Shown: positions 8,137-17,305, counted from the stretch's first letter. The stretch: 61,204 bases of DNA from Candidatus Pacearchaeota archaeon (GCA_038869755.1 JAWCQN010000002.1:3420-64623), one strand, 5' to 3'. The notes: a model not told the origin generated them from the letters alone. Made by a program: numbers and translations.

Positions 8137-10444
8137 AGGGCTAATTAAAGGTGCTGTTAAATTAAGAGTAGCAGAAGCTTCTCAGGATGATGCATACAAA
8201 GGAATTGCAAGAATAGATTATGATACTATGAAATCTCTGGGATTGAGAAGGGGGGACGTCGTATTAATAAAGGGAAATAAAGAATCTGTTGCAATTGTTG
8301 ATAGGGCATATCCTGCAGATGTCGGGGAAGGTATTATAAGGATTGATGGAATTATAAGGAAAAATGCAAAAACCGGTGTTGGAGAGATAGTTGAGTTAAG
8401 AAAGGCAGATATAAAAGAAGCTAAAAAAATTACTATTGCCCCTGTTCAGGAAAATGTAGTTGTTCAGGGAGATCCAGAAATTTTCAGGAGAGGACTTTTA
8501 GGAAGAGCAGTTGTTAAAGGAGACATAGTTGTTTTAGGAGGAGTTCAGAGAAGAAGGGATTTATTGTCTGATGATATGGGTGATTTTGGAGATGTTTTTG
8601 GAGATATTCTGGGGAATTTTTCATCTAACTTCAATGGGATGGGTTTTGGTGGTTTACAACAATTGAAATTTTTAGTTGTAAGTACTACTCCTAACAATGT
8701 ACCAATTGTGATTACAGAAAATACCGAGGTTAGTGTGAATTCCAAAGCAATTGAGATATCAGAAGATAGGATAATAGATGTAACTTACGAAGATATAGGA
8801 GGGTTAAGAGAAGAAGTTAAAAAAATAAGGGAAATGATTGAATTGCCATTAAAACATCCAGAGATATTTGAGCGTCTTGGAGTTGAACCACCTAAAGGAG
8901 TTTTGCTTCATGGCCCACCCGGAACCGGTAAGACTTTATTAGCCAAGGCTGTTGCAAACGAGTCTGATGCTAACTTTATTTTATTGAATGGACCTGAAAT
9001 TATGTCAAAATTTTACGGAGAATCTGAGAAAAAGATAAGAGATATATTTAATGAAGCTGAAAAAACCTCTCCGGCAATTATTTTTATCGATGAGATAGAT
9101 GCGATTGCACCTAAAAGAGAGGATGTTCAGGGAGAAGTTGAGAGAAGGGTTGTTTCTCAATTACTAACAATGATGGATGGTCTTAAAACTCGTGGAAGAG
9201 TAGTAGTTATTGGTGCAACCAACAGACCAAATTCAATCGATCCTGCTTTAAGACGCCCGGGAAGGTTTGATAGGGAAATTTCGATAAATGTTCCTGACAA
9301 GGAAGGAAGACTTTCTATACTAAAAATCCACACAAGAAATATGCCTTTGACAAAGACTGTAAAGCTTGAGGATCTTGCTGCTATCACACACGGATTTGTT
9401 GGAGCTGATTTAGCAGCTCTTACAAAAGAAGCAGCTATGTCTGTTTTAAGAAGGGTTCTTCCAAAACTTGAATTGAAAGAAGACGAGGAAATTCCTCAAA
9501 GTGTTCTGGAGCAACTAAAAATTACTGAAAAAGATTTTCAGGATGCTTTAAGGGTTGTTCGTCCTAGTGCGATGAGAGAAGTCTTGGTTGAAACTCCAAA
9601 TATTTCTTGGAGTGATGTTGGAGGGTTGGATAAAATAAAGCAGGAATTAAAAGAGGCTGTTGAATGGCCAATGCAAAATCCAGATTCATTTTCAAGATTA
9701 GGTATAAGGCCTCCAAGAGGGATATTATTATACGGCCCTCCAGGGACTGGTAAGACTTTATTAGCCAAGGCTGTTGCAAAAGAATCCGAAGCTAATTTCA
9801 TACAGGTTAAAGGACCATCATTACTTTCAATGTGGGTTGGAAAGTCAGAAGAAGGAGTTCGTAAAATATTTGAAAGGGCCCGTCAAGTTTCTCCATGTAT
9901 CATATTCTTTGATGAAATAGATGCTTTAGCATCTAAAAGAGGGTTAGATGTTGGAGCGAAAGTTACTGAAAGAGTCCTTAATCAGCTTTTGGCAGAAATG
10001 GACGGTTTGGAAGAACTACATGATATAACTGTTATTGCTGCCACAAACAGGCCAGATATGCTTGATCATGCATTATTAAGACCAGGAAGATTTGACAGGA
10101 TTTTATTAGTACCGGGCCCTGGAAAAGAAGGTCGTTTGGAGATTTTAAAAATACATACAAAAAAAATGCCTCTTGGAAAAGATGTTGATCTGGATAAACT
10201 TGCAGATAAGACAGAGGGGTATGTAGGAGCTGATCTGGAGAATTTAGTAAGGGAAGCTGCAATGCTTGCATTAAGGGAAGATTTTAATATCAAACAAGTT
10301 TCAAAAAAACATTTTGATGAGGCAATGAAAAAAGTTCGCCCTAGTGTTACAAAAAGTGATATGGAATTATACCAGAAAATAGAAGAGAATTATCTGAAAT
10401 CTGCCAAGGCAGCCCTTGTTTCTCCAAAAACTTATTTAGGATAA
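8111..10444 (+). CDS. cdc48: Cdc48/VAT-type double AAA+ ATPase
   Basis: Two AAA modules, each with [15 protein letters not shown] and DEIDA, plus an N-domain upstream. An alternative start MSEGLIKG lies at 8129. Confidence 0.95.
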   Translation: MKIEEKMSEGLIKGAVKLRVAEASQDDAYKGIARIDYDTMKSLGLRRGDVVLIKGNKESVAIVDRAYPADVGEGIIRIDGIIRKNAKTGVGEIVELRKADIKEAKKITIAPVQENVVVQGDPEIFRRGLLGRAVVKGDIVVLGGVQRRRDLLSDDMGDFGDVFGDILGNFSSNFNGMGFGGLQQLKFLVVSTTPNNVPIVITENTEVSVNSKAIEISEDRIIDVTYEDIGGLREEVKKIREMIELPLKHPEIFERLGVEPPKGVLLHGPPGTGKTLLAKAVANESDANFILLNGPEIMSKFYGESEKKIRDIFNEAEKTSPAIIFIDEIDAIAPKREDVQGEVERRVVSQLLTMMDGLKTRGRVVVIGATNRPNSIDPALRRPGRFDREISINVPDKEGRLSILKIHTRNMPLTKTVKLEDLAAITHGFVGADLAALTKEAAMSVLRRVLPKLELKEDEEIPQSVLEQLKITEKDFQDALRVVRPSAMREVLVETPNISWSDVGGLDKIKQELKEAVEWPMQNPDSFSRLGIRPPRGILLYGPPGTGKTLLAKAVAKESEANFIQVKGPSLLSMWVGKSEEGVRKIFERARQVSPCIIFFDEIDALASKRGLDVGAKVTERVLNQLLAEMDGLEELHDITVIAATNRPDMLDHALLRPGRFDRILLVPGPGKEGRLEILKIHTKKMPLGKDVDLDKLADKTEGYVGADLENLVREAAMLALREDFNIKQVSKKHFDEAMKKVRPSVTKSDMELYQKIEENYLKSAKAALVSPKTYLG

Positions 10445-10468
10445 ATTTTTTTTATGCGGTTCTATTTT

Positions 10469-10708
10469 TTATTTGAAGGAAAGTATTTTTTTCTTTCTTA
10501 TATTGTAATAGACAATACCAAATATAATTAGTAATATTCCAAATAAGATACTGCCATATCCAAAATAAACATATCTGGTGTTATTTTCAAATAACTTTAT
10601 CAATGCAAAGCCGAGAACAAATGAGGCCAATCCTGTTCTTACATACGCAAGTGTAGTTCTTTCATTAGCCAGTATGGTTCTTTCTTGCTCAAGATTCTTG
10701 TTTTTCAT
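10469..10708 (-). CDS. DUF202 (YidH-like) small membrane protein
   Basis: LANERTTLAYVRTGLA motif followed by two TM helices. Confidence 0.65.
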   Translation of the reverse strand: MKNKNLEQERTILANERTTLAYVRTGLASFVLGFALIKLFENNTRYVYFGYGSILFGILLIIFGIVYYNIRKKKILSFK

Positions 10709-10750
10709 TGTAGTTTTATTAAAGTAAACAGCCTTTAGAAAAATTTTCTA

Positions 10751-11317
10751 TTAACACAAAACATTTCTGATTACACCCTGTCTTGTAATTCTGAAATCAA
10801 GGTCTTTCCTTCCTGAAATATCTTTTCCGTCTCTGGTTGCCCTTATTTTTATTCTTATGTTTCCTTCAGGAGCATCTTCCGGAATATTTAATGTTATAAC
10901 CTTTCTTGATTCCCTATCATTTGGAGTTATTACATCAGTCCAGCTATCATCACTAACCCAGCTTCTTATGTTTGTTCTTGGATCTATATCTGTTGAAGAG
11001 ATATCATCCATTACAACCCTGTAATTTCCTCCTGTTTTGGAATTAAATCCGCACCATACAAAATTTTGTTGTCCAGGAGTCATTGGTACAGCATCTCCTG
11101 CCCCTACACATGCTATTTCAGATTGTGAAGATTCAAATAATCTTTGTATTTCTCCATCTACTTTTGAGCCAATAGCATCTGTAAATCCTATTGCCCTGCA
11201 CATAATGCTTCTTACAAAGACAAACCCCAATATTAACAAGACTATTGAAAGAACTATCACTATTATAGTAGTCATACTAAGCTCAATTGCAGCTTTTTTT
11301 TCTCTAATAATCATCAT
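10751..11317 (-). CDS. Secreted protein with class III (type IV pilin/archaellin-like) signal peptide
   Basis: The N-terminus REKKAAIELSMTTIIVIVLSIVLLILGF resembles K-[KR]-G-A | hydrophobic prepilin sites. The remainder looks like a soluble beta-rich domain. Confidence 0.5.
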   Translation of the reverse strand: MMIIREKKAAIELSMTTIIVIVLSIVLLILGFVFVRSIMCRAIGFTDAIGSKVDGEIQRLFESSQSEIACVGAGDAVPMTPGQQNFVWCGFNSKTGGNYRVVMDDISSTDIDPRTNIRSWVSDDSWTDVITPNDRESRKVITLNIPEDAPEGNIRIKIRATRDGKDISGRKDLDFRITRQGVIRNVLC

Positions 11318-11559
11318 TTTTTCTTGAACTTGAGAATTAATTTTATGATAAAAATAATTAATAAATCCAAGGCTATAATGGAAATTCCTTCAACCCAGTC
11401 TTTAGTCCAGATTATATAACTTCCATACAGGAAGATTGCTAATAAAATAAGGTTAACAAAAAACCATCCTGCTGCGGTCATGTGGCGCTTTTTGGAATTC
11501 TCTCGTGGAGATTTGGCTGAATTTTTAGCCACAGATTTCTTCACCCTTTTTTTTGCCAT
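11314..11559 (-). CDS. Small basic membrane protein
   Basis: 81 aa with a K/R-rich N-terminus and two TM helices. A 4-nt overlap with the downstream pilin-like gene suggests an operon. Confidence 0.4.
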   Translation of the reverse strand: MAKKRVKKSVAKNSAKSPRENSKKRHMTAAGWFFVNLILLAIFLYGSYIIWTKDWVEGISIIALDLLIIFIIKLILKFKKK

Positions 11560-11663
11560 TTCTTTTCAATTATTATAATTACACAATATAGTTTATAAAC
11601 ATTTTCTTTAATAATTTAATTAACGCATATACTTATAAACTATCAATTTCTAAAATTGTTAGT

Positions 11664-11942
11664 ATGGTATTCAGAACATATCATAAAGATAAAATTCCAG
11701 AAGGGTATAAAAAAATTCCATTTGAATCACAAGATAAACTGAGGACGGTTGTTTATTCTTATGAAGGAGAATATGTTCTTATTTTAGATAGGAACAATAA
11801 TAGAGAATATTTTGAAGGAATTTTAATTTTATCTGGAGATAATAATATTTTTAAATTGGTTGATCCTACCAGTCCAAAGACGGACAAAGATTCCTTGAGT
11901 TTTAGGTTTTCTAACATTCTGGAAATATTGGTTAAGGATTAA
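11664..11942 (+). CDS. Hypothetical protein
   Basis: 92-aa ORF in a stop-rich background; no recognised motifs. Confidence 0.4.
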   Translation: MVFRTYHKDKIPEGYKKIPFESQDKLRTVVYSYEGEYVLILDRNNNREYFEGILILSGDNNIFKLVDPTSPKTDKDSLSFRFSNILEILVKD

Positions 11943-11943
11943 T

Positions 11944-12408
11944 TTATTTTAATGATTTTACAAACTCTAATGTTTCTTTTGCGTGGCCCAAGGCTTTCAC
12001 ATTTTCATAAACCTTAATTATTTTTTTATTTTTATCAATAATAAAAGTTGTCCTTTTTATTCCGAAAAACTTTTTTCCCATAAAAGATTTTTCACCATAA
12101 ACCCCATATCTTTTACAAACTTCAAAGTCAGGATCTGATAGGAGAATAATTTTGATACCACAAGATTCAATGAATTTTTGTTTTGATTTTTCATCACCTC
12201 CTGATATTCCGATAATTTCACATGATAGTTTTTTAAAATCATTTTTTAACTGAGAAAATTCCTTAGCTTCAATTGTGCATCCGGGTGTGCTGTCCTTAGG
12301 GTAAAAATACAAAACAATAAAATCAGAATTTAGTTTATTGATTGAATGTAATTTGCCATCTTTGTCTTTTAAAGAAAAATCCGGAGCTTTATTTTCTGTT
12401 TTTAACAT
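11944..12408 (-). CDS. bcp: Peroxiredoxin, Bcp/PrxQ type
   Basis: Peroxidatic Cys motif FYPKDSTPGCTIEA; 154 aa. Confidence 0.9.
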   Translation of the reverse strand: MLKTENKAPDFSLKDKDGKLHSINKLNSDFIVLYFYPKDSTPGCTIEAKEFSQLKNDFKKLSCEIIGISGGDEKSKQKFIESCGIKIILLSDPDFEVCKRYGVYGEKSFMGKKFFGIKRTTFIIDKNKKIIKVYENVKALGHAKETLEFVKSLK

Positions 12409-12415
12409 TTTAAAA

Positions 12416-12487
12416 TGGGGAAGGGGAGAATCGAACTCCCGACACCATGATCTTCAGTCATGTGCTCTCCCACTGAGCTACTTCCCC
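12416..12487 (-). tRNA. tRNA-Phe(GAA)
   Basis: Reverse complement GGGGAAGTAGCTCAGTGGGAGAGCACATGACTGAAGATCATGGTGTCGGGAGTTCGATTCTCCCCTTCCCCA folds as a 72-nt cloverleaf. No encoded CCA. Confidence 0.9.
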
Positions 12488-12510
12488 ATGTAAAAAAATA
12501 AGAATAACCC

Positions 12511-12520
12511 TTTTTTAAAT
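12511..12520 (-). promoter_or_regulatory. Candidate TATA box for tRNA-Phe (and bcp)
   Basis: The minus strand reads ATTTAAAAAA, centred about 28 nt upstream of the tRNA 5' end. Confidence 0.35.
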
Positions 12521-12545
12521 CTGCGTATAACAGGTAAAGGAAAAA

Positions 12546-12875
12546 GTGAGTTGGAAATAGGCCACATTCTGTCATTTTTCGTTTCCCAGAGGACGAACAA
12601 AATGCGTCAACATCTTTCTAAGCCCACGGTTAAAGTGGTTGCTCCGGTCAGGATGCTCGTTCCAGCTGTTATCTTTCTTTCGAAAGTGTCCCGTTTCTAT
12701 ATCAGTGCCCTGCCTCACAGCAGTATCTTTTCAGATATGACCACTCCCTTAATGAGAGCTGATAAGGGAAAATGAGTTCCCTTATGGAGTGCGGACCTTC
12801 CTCAGAATTCATTACTCATTCTTTTAGTAATTGCCAACTTAATGGCCGAATTCCGAAGTTGACTATCCAACTCAC
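12546..12875 (-). ncRNA. rnpB: RNase P RNA (archaeal type)
   Basis: The minus strand begins GTGAGTTGGATAG and ends CTATTTCCAACTCAC (P1 helix). It contains CR-I CTGAGGAAGGTCCGCAC and CR-V GACAGAATGTGGCCTA. GC content is clearly above that of the flanks. Confidence 0.85.
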
Positions 12876-13044
12876 TGTAAAAATGAGTTAGCAAGAGTAT
12901 TTAAGGATTTCTTTTACTCCAAAAAAATTACATGCCACTACCAAAAAATTGTTCAGTATAAAAAGAAATATGTATAGTAAAATATATATTTTTCAGTAAG
13001 ATTGTTTTTAAATAAATCTTAATTTTTTAGATAGGAGGTGGTTT

Positions 13045-13200
13045 ATGAGAATTAAAGTTCTCTTTGAGGATAAAAAAGGTTCTTTGGGATTAATTGAAAG
13101 AAACTTTGATATTATAAGAGACTTACTCCAAAGATACCCAAATGCTATATGGAGAAAATACAATAAGAATGGAAAAACAGGGTATGAATTACAAATTTAA
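13045..13200 (+). CDS. Small hypothetical protein (51 aa) with strong SD
   Basis: AGGAGGTG lies 6 nt upstream of the ATG and is complementary to the 16S 3' end in this window. Too short for the ORF track. Confidence 0.3.
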   Translation: MRIKVLFEDKKGSLGLIERNFDIIRDLLQRYPNAIWRKYNKNGKTGYELQI

Positions 13201-13278
13201 TATTTTTTTCTTTTTTGATTTTTTATTTAATTAATTTTATTTTTTAAATATAATTAATTGTTATACTAACTATAAATT

Positions 13279-13287
13279 AATGGTAAG
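13279..13287. repeat. Direct repeat AATGGTAAG (putative target-site duplication, left)
   Basis: Identical 9-mer at 16149-16157; each abuts an inverted-repeat terminus. Confidence 0.65.
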
Positions 13288-13327
13288 TGCATTGTTGCGT
13301 TATCGGGTGCTGGATTGAATAAAAAAA

Positions 13328-14206
13328 TTAAGTTTTGCTCATTTTGATTAAACTTAACAACTTATTCGTGCTTAAACTCAATTCAGGTATTGCTTCTTCT
13401 GATGGAGTTTTACCATCTATTCCTTGATGCTTTCTGACAAAATTATAGTAGATTTCCATTCCTTTCATTATGGCTTTAGCACTTTCCAAAGAACCATGAA
13501 AGCCACGCATGATTTTTGTTCTATCTCTTATTGTGTTGTGTAGTCTTTCTATTTTGTGATTAAATCCCCTTTCAGATGCTATGATTACATTATGAATAAT
13601 TGGGCTTTTGTGGTTCCAGTGAGTTTTTAACCCGAAAGATTTCTTCAAAACTCTTTCGTAACCTTGTAAGCCATCTGTTGTAACTATTTTTACATTTCCG
13701 TTAGTTACGAATTTACTTCTTTTGAGAACTTTTGTTAAATTTTCTATGGTTCTGCTTTTCATATAATCAGAAGCAACCATAAAACGAGTTTCTGTGTCCA
13801 TAACATCAACAAACCAATTCTGTTCTCCTAATCTGTGATATTCCATTTCATCAGACATTAGCTCTTGCCCAGATTGGATTTGCAAATTATCTGTTAATGT
13901 GCTTATCATGTTCGCATATTTTACAATCCACCTATAGATAGTTGAATAATGAGAGTTTTTAGGAGCAAACATCTGCAAGTGTTCTTGTATTTTTCTTAAT
14001 GACATTACAGCATAATACATATTCATACAGGCAGTTATTTTGTCTTCGTGGTTTTTCATCTTCCAGAAACCATCGTCTATAGAAAATCTGTGAGAGCAAT
14101 CCTTGCATTTATACCTTTGAACTTTGCCTCTATTTTTTGTTTCTCTAATTCCTTCTTTCTTAATGTTCTTTACCTTGCATTTCTCACAGATTATTTCTCT
14201 TTTCAT
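13328..14206 (-). CDS. IS6-family DDE transposase with N-terminal zinc finger
   Basis: CEKC..CKDC finger. D-D-E contexts are SDEMEY, IVTTDGLQGY and NHKIERLHNTIRDRTKIMRGF, the last matching the IS26-like N-x-x-E-x-x-H-x-x-x-K-x-R motif. Confidence 0.85.
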   Translation of the reverse strand: MKREIICEKCKVKNIKKEGIRETKNRGKVQRYKCKDCSHRFSIDDGFWKMKNHEDKITACMNMYYAVMSLRKIQEHLQMFAPKNSHYSTIYRWIVKYANMISTLTDNLQIQSGQELMSDEMEYHRLGEQNWFVDVMDTETRFMVASDYMKSRTIENLTKVLKRSKFVTNGNVKIVTTDGLQGYERVLKKSFGLKTHWNHKSPIIHNVIIASERGFNHKIERLHNTIRDRTKIMRGFHGSLESAKAIMKGMEIYYNFVRKHQGIDGKTPSEEAIPELSLSTNKLLSLIKMSKT

Positions 14207-14209
14207 ATT

Positions 14210-14240
14210 GTATACCTACAATAATATACTATAGGTATAC
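14210..14240. promoter_or_regulatory. 9-bp inverted repeat GTATACCTA-N13-TAGGTATAC between divergent tnp and Zn-ribbon/MTase genes
   Basis: Read directly from the sequence; it begins 4 nt upstream of the transposase start codon. Confidence 0.4.
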
Positions 14241-14313
14241 ACCTATTTAAATCTTTCGGTTATGCTATATAACTATAGTAAAATATTTAAAGTAGTAATA
14301 CAATCATATTTGT

Positions 14314-14457
14314 ATGAGCAAGAAAGAAATCAAGGTTTATGAGTGCAAATGTGAGAGATGCGGGCATGAATGGATAACAAGAAGCGAAGATGCTCCTATT
14401 GTATGCCCTAAATGTAAATCTCCGTATTGGGATAAACCATTAAATAACAAGAAGTGA
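14314..14457 (+). CDS. 47-aa Zn-ribbon protein immediately upstream of the methyltransferase
   Basis: MSKKEIKVYECKCERCGHEWITRSEDAPIVCPKCKSPYWDKPLNNKK has CxxC...CxxC. Its stop lies 4 nt before the MTase ATG. Confidence 0.45.
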   Translation: MSKKEIKVYECKCERCGHEWITRSEDAPIVCPKCKSPYWDKPLNNKK

Positions 14458-14461
14458 AAAA

Positions 14462-15502
14462 ATGAAAACAATACATAAAATAATTTATAGTGATGCAAGA
14501 GAAATGAAAGATATTAAATCTGAAAGTATAGATTTAATGATAACTTCTCCACCTTATCCTATGATAGAAATGTGGGATAAAATGTTTTCTTCACAAAATC
14601 CAGAAATAGCAAAAGCACTAAAAGAGAACAATGGGGAAAGAGTTTTTGAGTTGATGCATGAAGAATTAGATAAAGTTTGGAAAGAAGTTTATATGGTTCT
14701 AAAAGTTGGGGGAATTGCTTGTATTAACATCGGAGATGCAACAAGAAGTTTAAATGGAAAATTTAAGATTTATCCCAATCACGCAAGAATATTGAATTCT
14801 TGCCTAAATATCGGGTTTCATGCATTGCCATCAATTTTATGGATAAAAGAAACAAATAAACCAGATAAATTCATGGGTTCTGGAATGTTGCCTGTGGGGG
14901 CTTATGTTACTTTAGAACATGAGCATATTTTAATTTTAAGAAAAGGAAATAAAAGAGAGTTTAAGAAACCAGAAGAAAAATTAAACAGACAAAAAAGTGC
15001 TTTTTTTTGGGAAGAAAGAAATATTTGGTTTTCTGACAAATGGAAAGATATAAACGGAGTTTTCCAGAGATTAAACCATACAAAAGTAAGAGAGAGAAGT
15101 GCAGCTTATCCAATTGAACTAGCTTATAGATTGATAAATATGTTTTCTGTTCAGGGCGATACTGTTTTAGACCCATTTTTAGGAACAGGAACAACAACTT
15201 TGGGAGCTATTGCTTCTGCAAGAAATAGCATCGGTTTTGAAATTGATAAGAATTTCAAGGAGATAATAGAAGAAAGAATAAAAGAAATAAAAGAGATAGC
15301 AAATGTTTACATTGATGAAAGATTAGAAAAACATAAGGAGTTTATGGAGAAAAGAGCAGAATTGAAGGGAGAACATAAGTACTGGAATAAAAACTATAAT
15401 TTTCCTGTTATAACATTACAAGAGAAGAATATACTATTGCCAAAAGTAAAAGAAATTCAAAAAGCAGAAGAAAATTTATTTGAAGCAGAACATTTACTCT
15501 AA
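14462..15502 (+). CDS. Beta-class DNA methyltransferase (N4-cytosine/N6-adenine; SPPY type)
   Basis: Motif IV DLMITSPPYP is near the N-terminus and motif I DPFLGTGTTTLGA near residue 235, the beta-class order. Confidence 0.9.
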   Translation: MKTIHKIIYSDAREMKDIKSESIDLMITSPPYPMIEMWDKMFSSQNPEIAKALKENNGERVFELMHEELDKVWKEVYMVLKVGGIACINIGDATRSLNGKFKIYPNHARILNSCLNIGFHALPSILWIKETNKPDKFMGSGMLPVGAYVTLEHEHILILRKGNKREFKKPEEKLNRQKSAFFWEERNIWFSDKWKDINGVFQRLNHTKVRERSAAYPIELAYRLINMFSVQGDTVLDPFLGTGTTTLGAIASARNSIGFEIDKNFKEIIEERIKEIKEIANVYIDERLEKHKEFMEKRAELKGEHKYWNKNYNFPVITLQEKNILLPKVKEIQKAEENLFEAEHLL

Positions 15503-16107
15503 CTCGCTTATGTCTATTATAACTCCATCTTTCTTTTTATCATAGTAGATTATCCTAACTTCTATCTTTTCACTCAACATATTTTTAGTTTTGTAGGTTA
15601 TTGGCTTTATTGAAATTGGAATATTACCGATAAATCCATCTATACCTTTACTTTCTTCTTGAGGAGTGGCTAAACGATATTGTAATTTCTTTAGTTTTGC
15701 TATTCTTTTCAGTATTCCCTCTTGAAACTTTAATCCAATAAATGTTTTATCAATTACTAAATCTTCAACCCACTTTTTAACCATTTTTTCATCTATCTGA
15801 TTAATAGCTTTTTTCAATTCTTCAACCATAGAAAATATCTTTTTAGTAGCATCATCAATAGCTTTTGGCTGTTGCTGTAGATACCATCTTTCCATTTATG
15901 GTATTCTTTATGAGGGCATTTTACTATCAATTCTGATAATTGACCAACAACTCGCGGGCGAGTGCCTTGCGCATTTTGATTAGCTAAATTTATTATTTGA
16001 GCGGTATATTTAGGAAATTCTTTAGCTTCTCCAGAAATCTCCTTAATTAGCTCTTTGAAGCTAATTTTGATTAAATCACTTCCCATAAATTTGTTATGGT
16101 TAACCAA
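15494..16107 (-). pseudogene. Type II restriction endonuclease-like gene, split by a frameshift
   Basis: Two overlapping ORFs in different frames (16107-15814 and 15895-15494), convergent with and overlapping the MTase 3' end. The N-terminal part FPKYTAQIINLANQNAQGTRPRVVGQLSELI resembles MjaII-type enzymes as I recall them (unverified). Confidence 0.55.
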
Positions 16108-16148
16108 CTTAAAAAGTTATCTAAAACATCAGTAGATGCAACACTGCA

Positions 16149-16157
16149 AATGGTAAG
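16149..16157. repeat. Direct repeat AATGGTAAG (putative target-site duplication, right)
   Basis: Identical to 13279-13287. Confidence 0.65.
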
Positions 16158-16191
16158 ATAAATATAAAAACTATTTTCTTTAGTTAAATTC

Positions 16192-17256
16192 ATGGAAAAA
16201 CAAAAGATATTTATAAAAACATACGGATGTCAGGCGAACATAAATGATTCTGAGGTATTAGCCGGAAAACTTGTTAGCGAAGGCAATATATTAGTTTCAA
16301 ATGAGGCTGAAGCTGATAAAATAATAGTGAATACCTGTTCTGTCAAAAATAAAACACAAAGTAAGATTATACACTATCTGAATAAAATTGAAAATAATTA
16401 CACTGATAAAAAAATCGAAGTTGGAGGATGTTTAGTTAAAAGTGTTGATTTAACTAAAAGATTTCCTAATGTAAAATTTATTGATACAATAAATACAAAT
16501 AAATTAAATAGAAACATTGTTAGAACAAATAAAGAGATAGGGATTATACAGATTTCCCAAGGTTGTTTAAATGCCTGTACATTTTGTTCAACTAAATTGG
16601 CTAGGGGTGTTTTGAAAAGTTATAGGATTGGAGATATTAAAAGGCAGTTTCAAACTTTACTTGACGATGGTTGTAAAATAATTTATTTAACAAGTCAGGA
16701 TAATGGTTGTTATGGATTTGACATTAAGACAAATCTCCCAGAGTTAGTTAAAGAATTATTAAGTGTGAAAGGATTTAGCGATTATAAGATAAGAATCGGG
16801 ATGATGAATCCTTGGCATTTAAGAAAAATACTAAAAGAATTAGTTGAAGTATATAAAGATAAAAGAATTCAACCATTCTTACATATTCCTGTGCAAAGTG
16901 GGAGTGAAAAAGTTTTGAGAGATATGAAAAGAATTCATACTGTTTATGAATTCAGGGAAGCGGTTAGATTGTTTAGACAAGAAATTACAGATATTGATAT
17001 TGCGACTGATATTATTGTGGGATTTCCAACTGAAACAGATGAGGATTTTATGGAAACTTACAATTTGGTTAAAGAAATAAAACCTGAAGTATTAAACATA
17101 AGTGCATTTTCCTCAAGACCAAATACTAGAGCATCTCGGCTGAAACAGATTCCTTCAGAAATAATAAAGGAAAGAACAAAGAAACTGAATTATTTGTATT
17201 TGAGTTATAGGTCTTTAGTTGAAAAAAGATTTAATTACAAGATTAATAATATTTGA
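16192..17256 (+). CDS. MiaB/MtaB-family radical-SAM methylthiotransferase (no TRAM domain)
   Basis: N-terminal MTTase domain IKTYGCQANINDSE..NTCSV and radical-SAM cluster SQGCLNACTFCS. The protein ends without a TRAM domain. Confidence 0.8.
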   Translation: MEKQKIFIKTYGCQANINDSEVLAGKLVSEGNILVSNEAEADKIIVNTCSVKNKTQSKIIHYLNKIENNYTDKKIEVGGCLVKSVDLTKRFPNVKFIDTINTNKLNRNIVRTNKEIGIIQISQGCLNACTFCSTKLARGVLKSYRIGDIKRQFQTLLDDGCKIIYLTSQDNGCYGFDIKTNLPELVKELLSVKGFSDYKIRIGMMNPWHLRKILKELVEVYKDKRIQPFLHIPVQSGSEKVLRDMKRIHTVYEFREAVRLFRQEITDIDIATDIIVGFPTETDEDFMETYNLVKEIKPEVLNISAFSSRPNTRASRLKQIPSEIIKERTKKLNYLYLSYRSLVEKRFNYKINNI

Positions 17257-17305
17257 CTAAAAATAGTTACTTAAACTTTATAAACTTCTTAATTCTCGTA
17301 AAAAT

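Larger units (their letters stand above)
13288..16148 (-). mobile_element. IS6-family-like element (2.86 kb) carrying transposase plus R-M cargo
   Basis: Termini are TGCATTGTTGC (13288-13298) and GCAACACTGCA (16138-16148), inverted at 10/11. They share the GCAnTGTTGC core of IS26-type IRs and are flanked by 9-bp direct repeats. No second IR lies between the tnp start and the cargo. Confidence 0.65.

Noticed and set aside
12551-12775. 74-aa ORF (TTG start)
   Set aside because: It overlaps the RNase P RNA on the opposite strand, and the RNA call explains the GC-rich block.
13261-13290. AT-rich near-match between 13261-13280 and 14266-14286, considered as inner IS ends
   Set aside because: The match is poor and lacks the IS6-type GCAnTGTTGC core. 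The 13288/16148 pair with flanking 9-bp direct repeats is much stronger.
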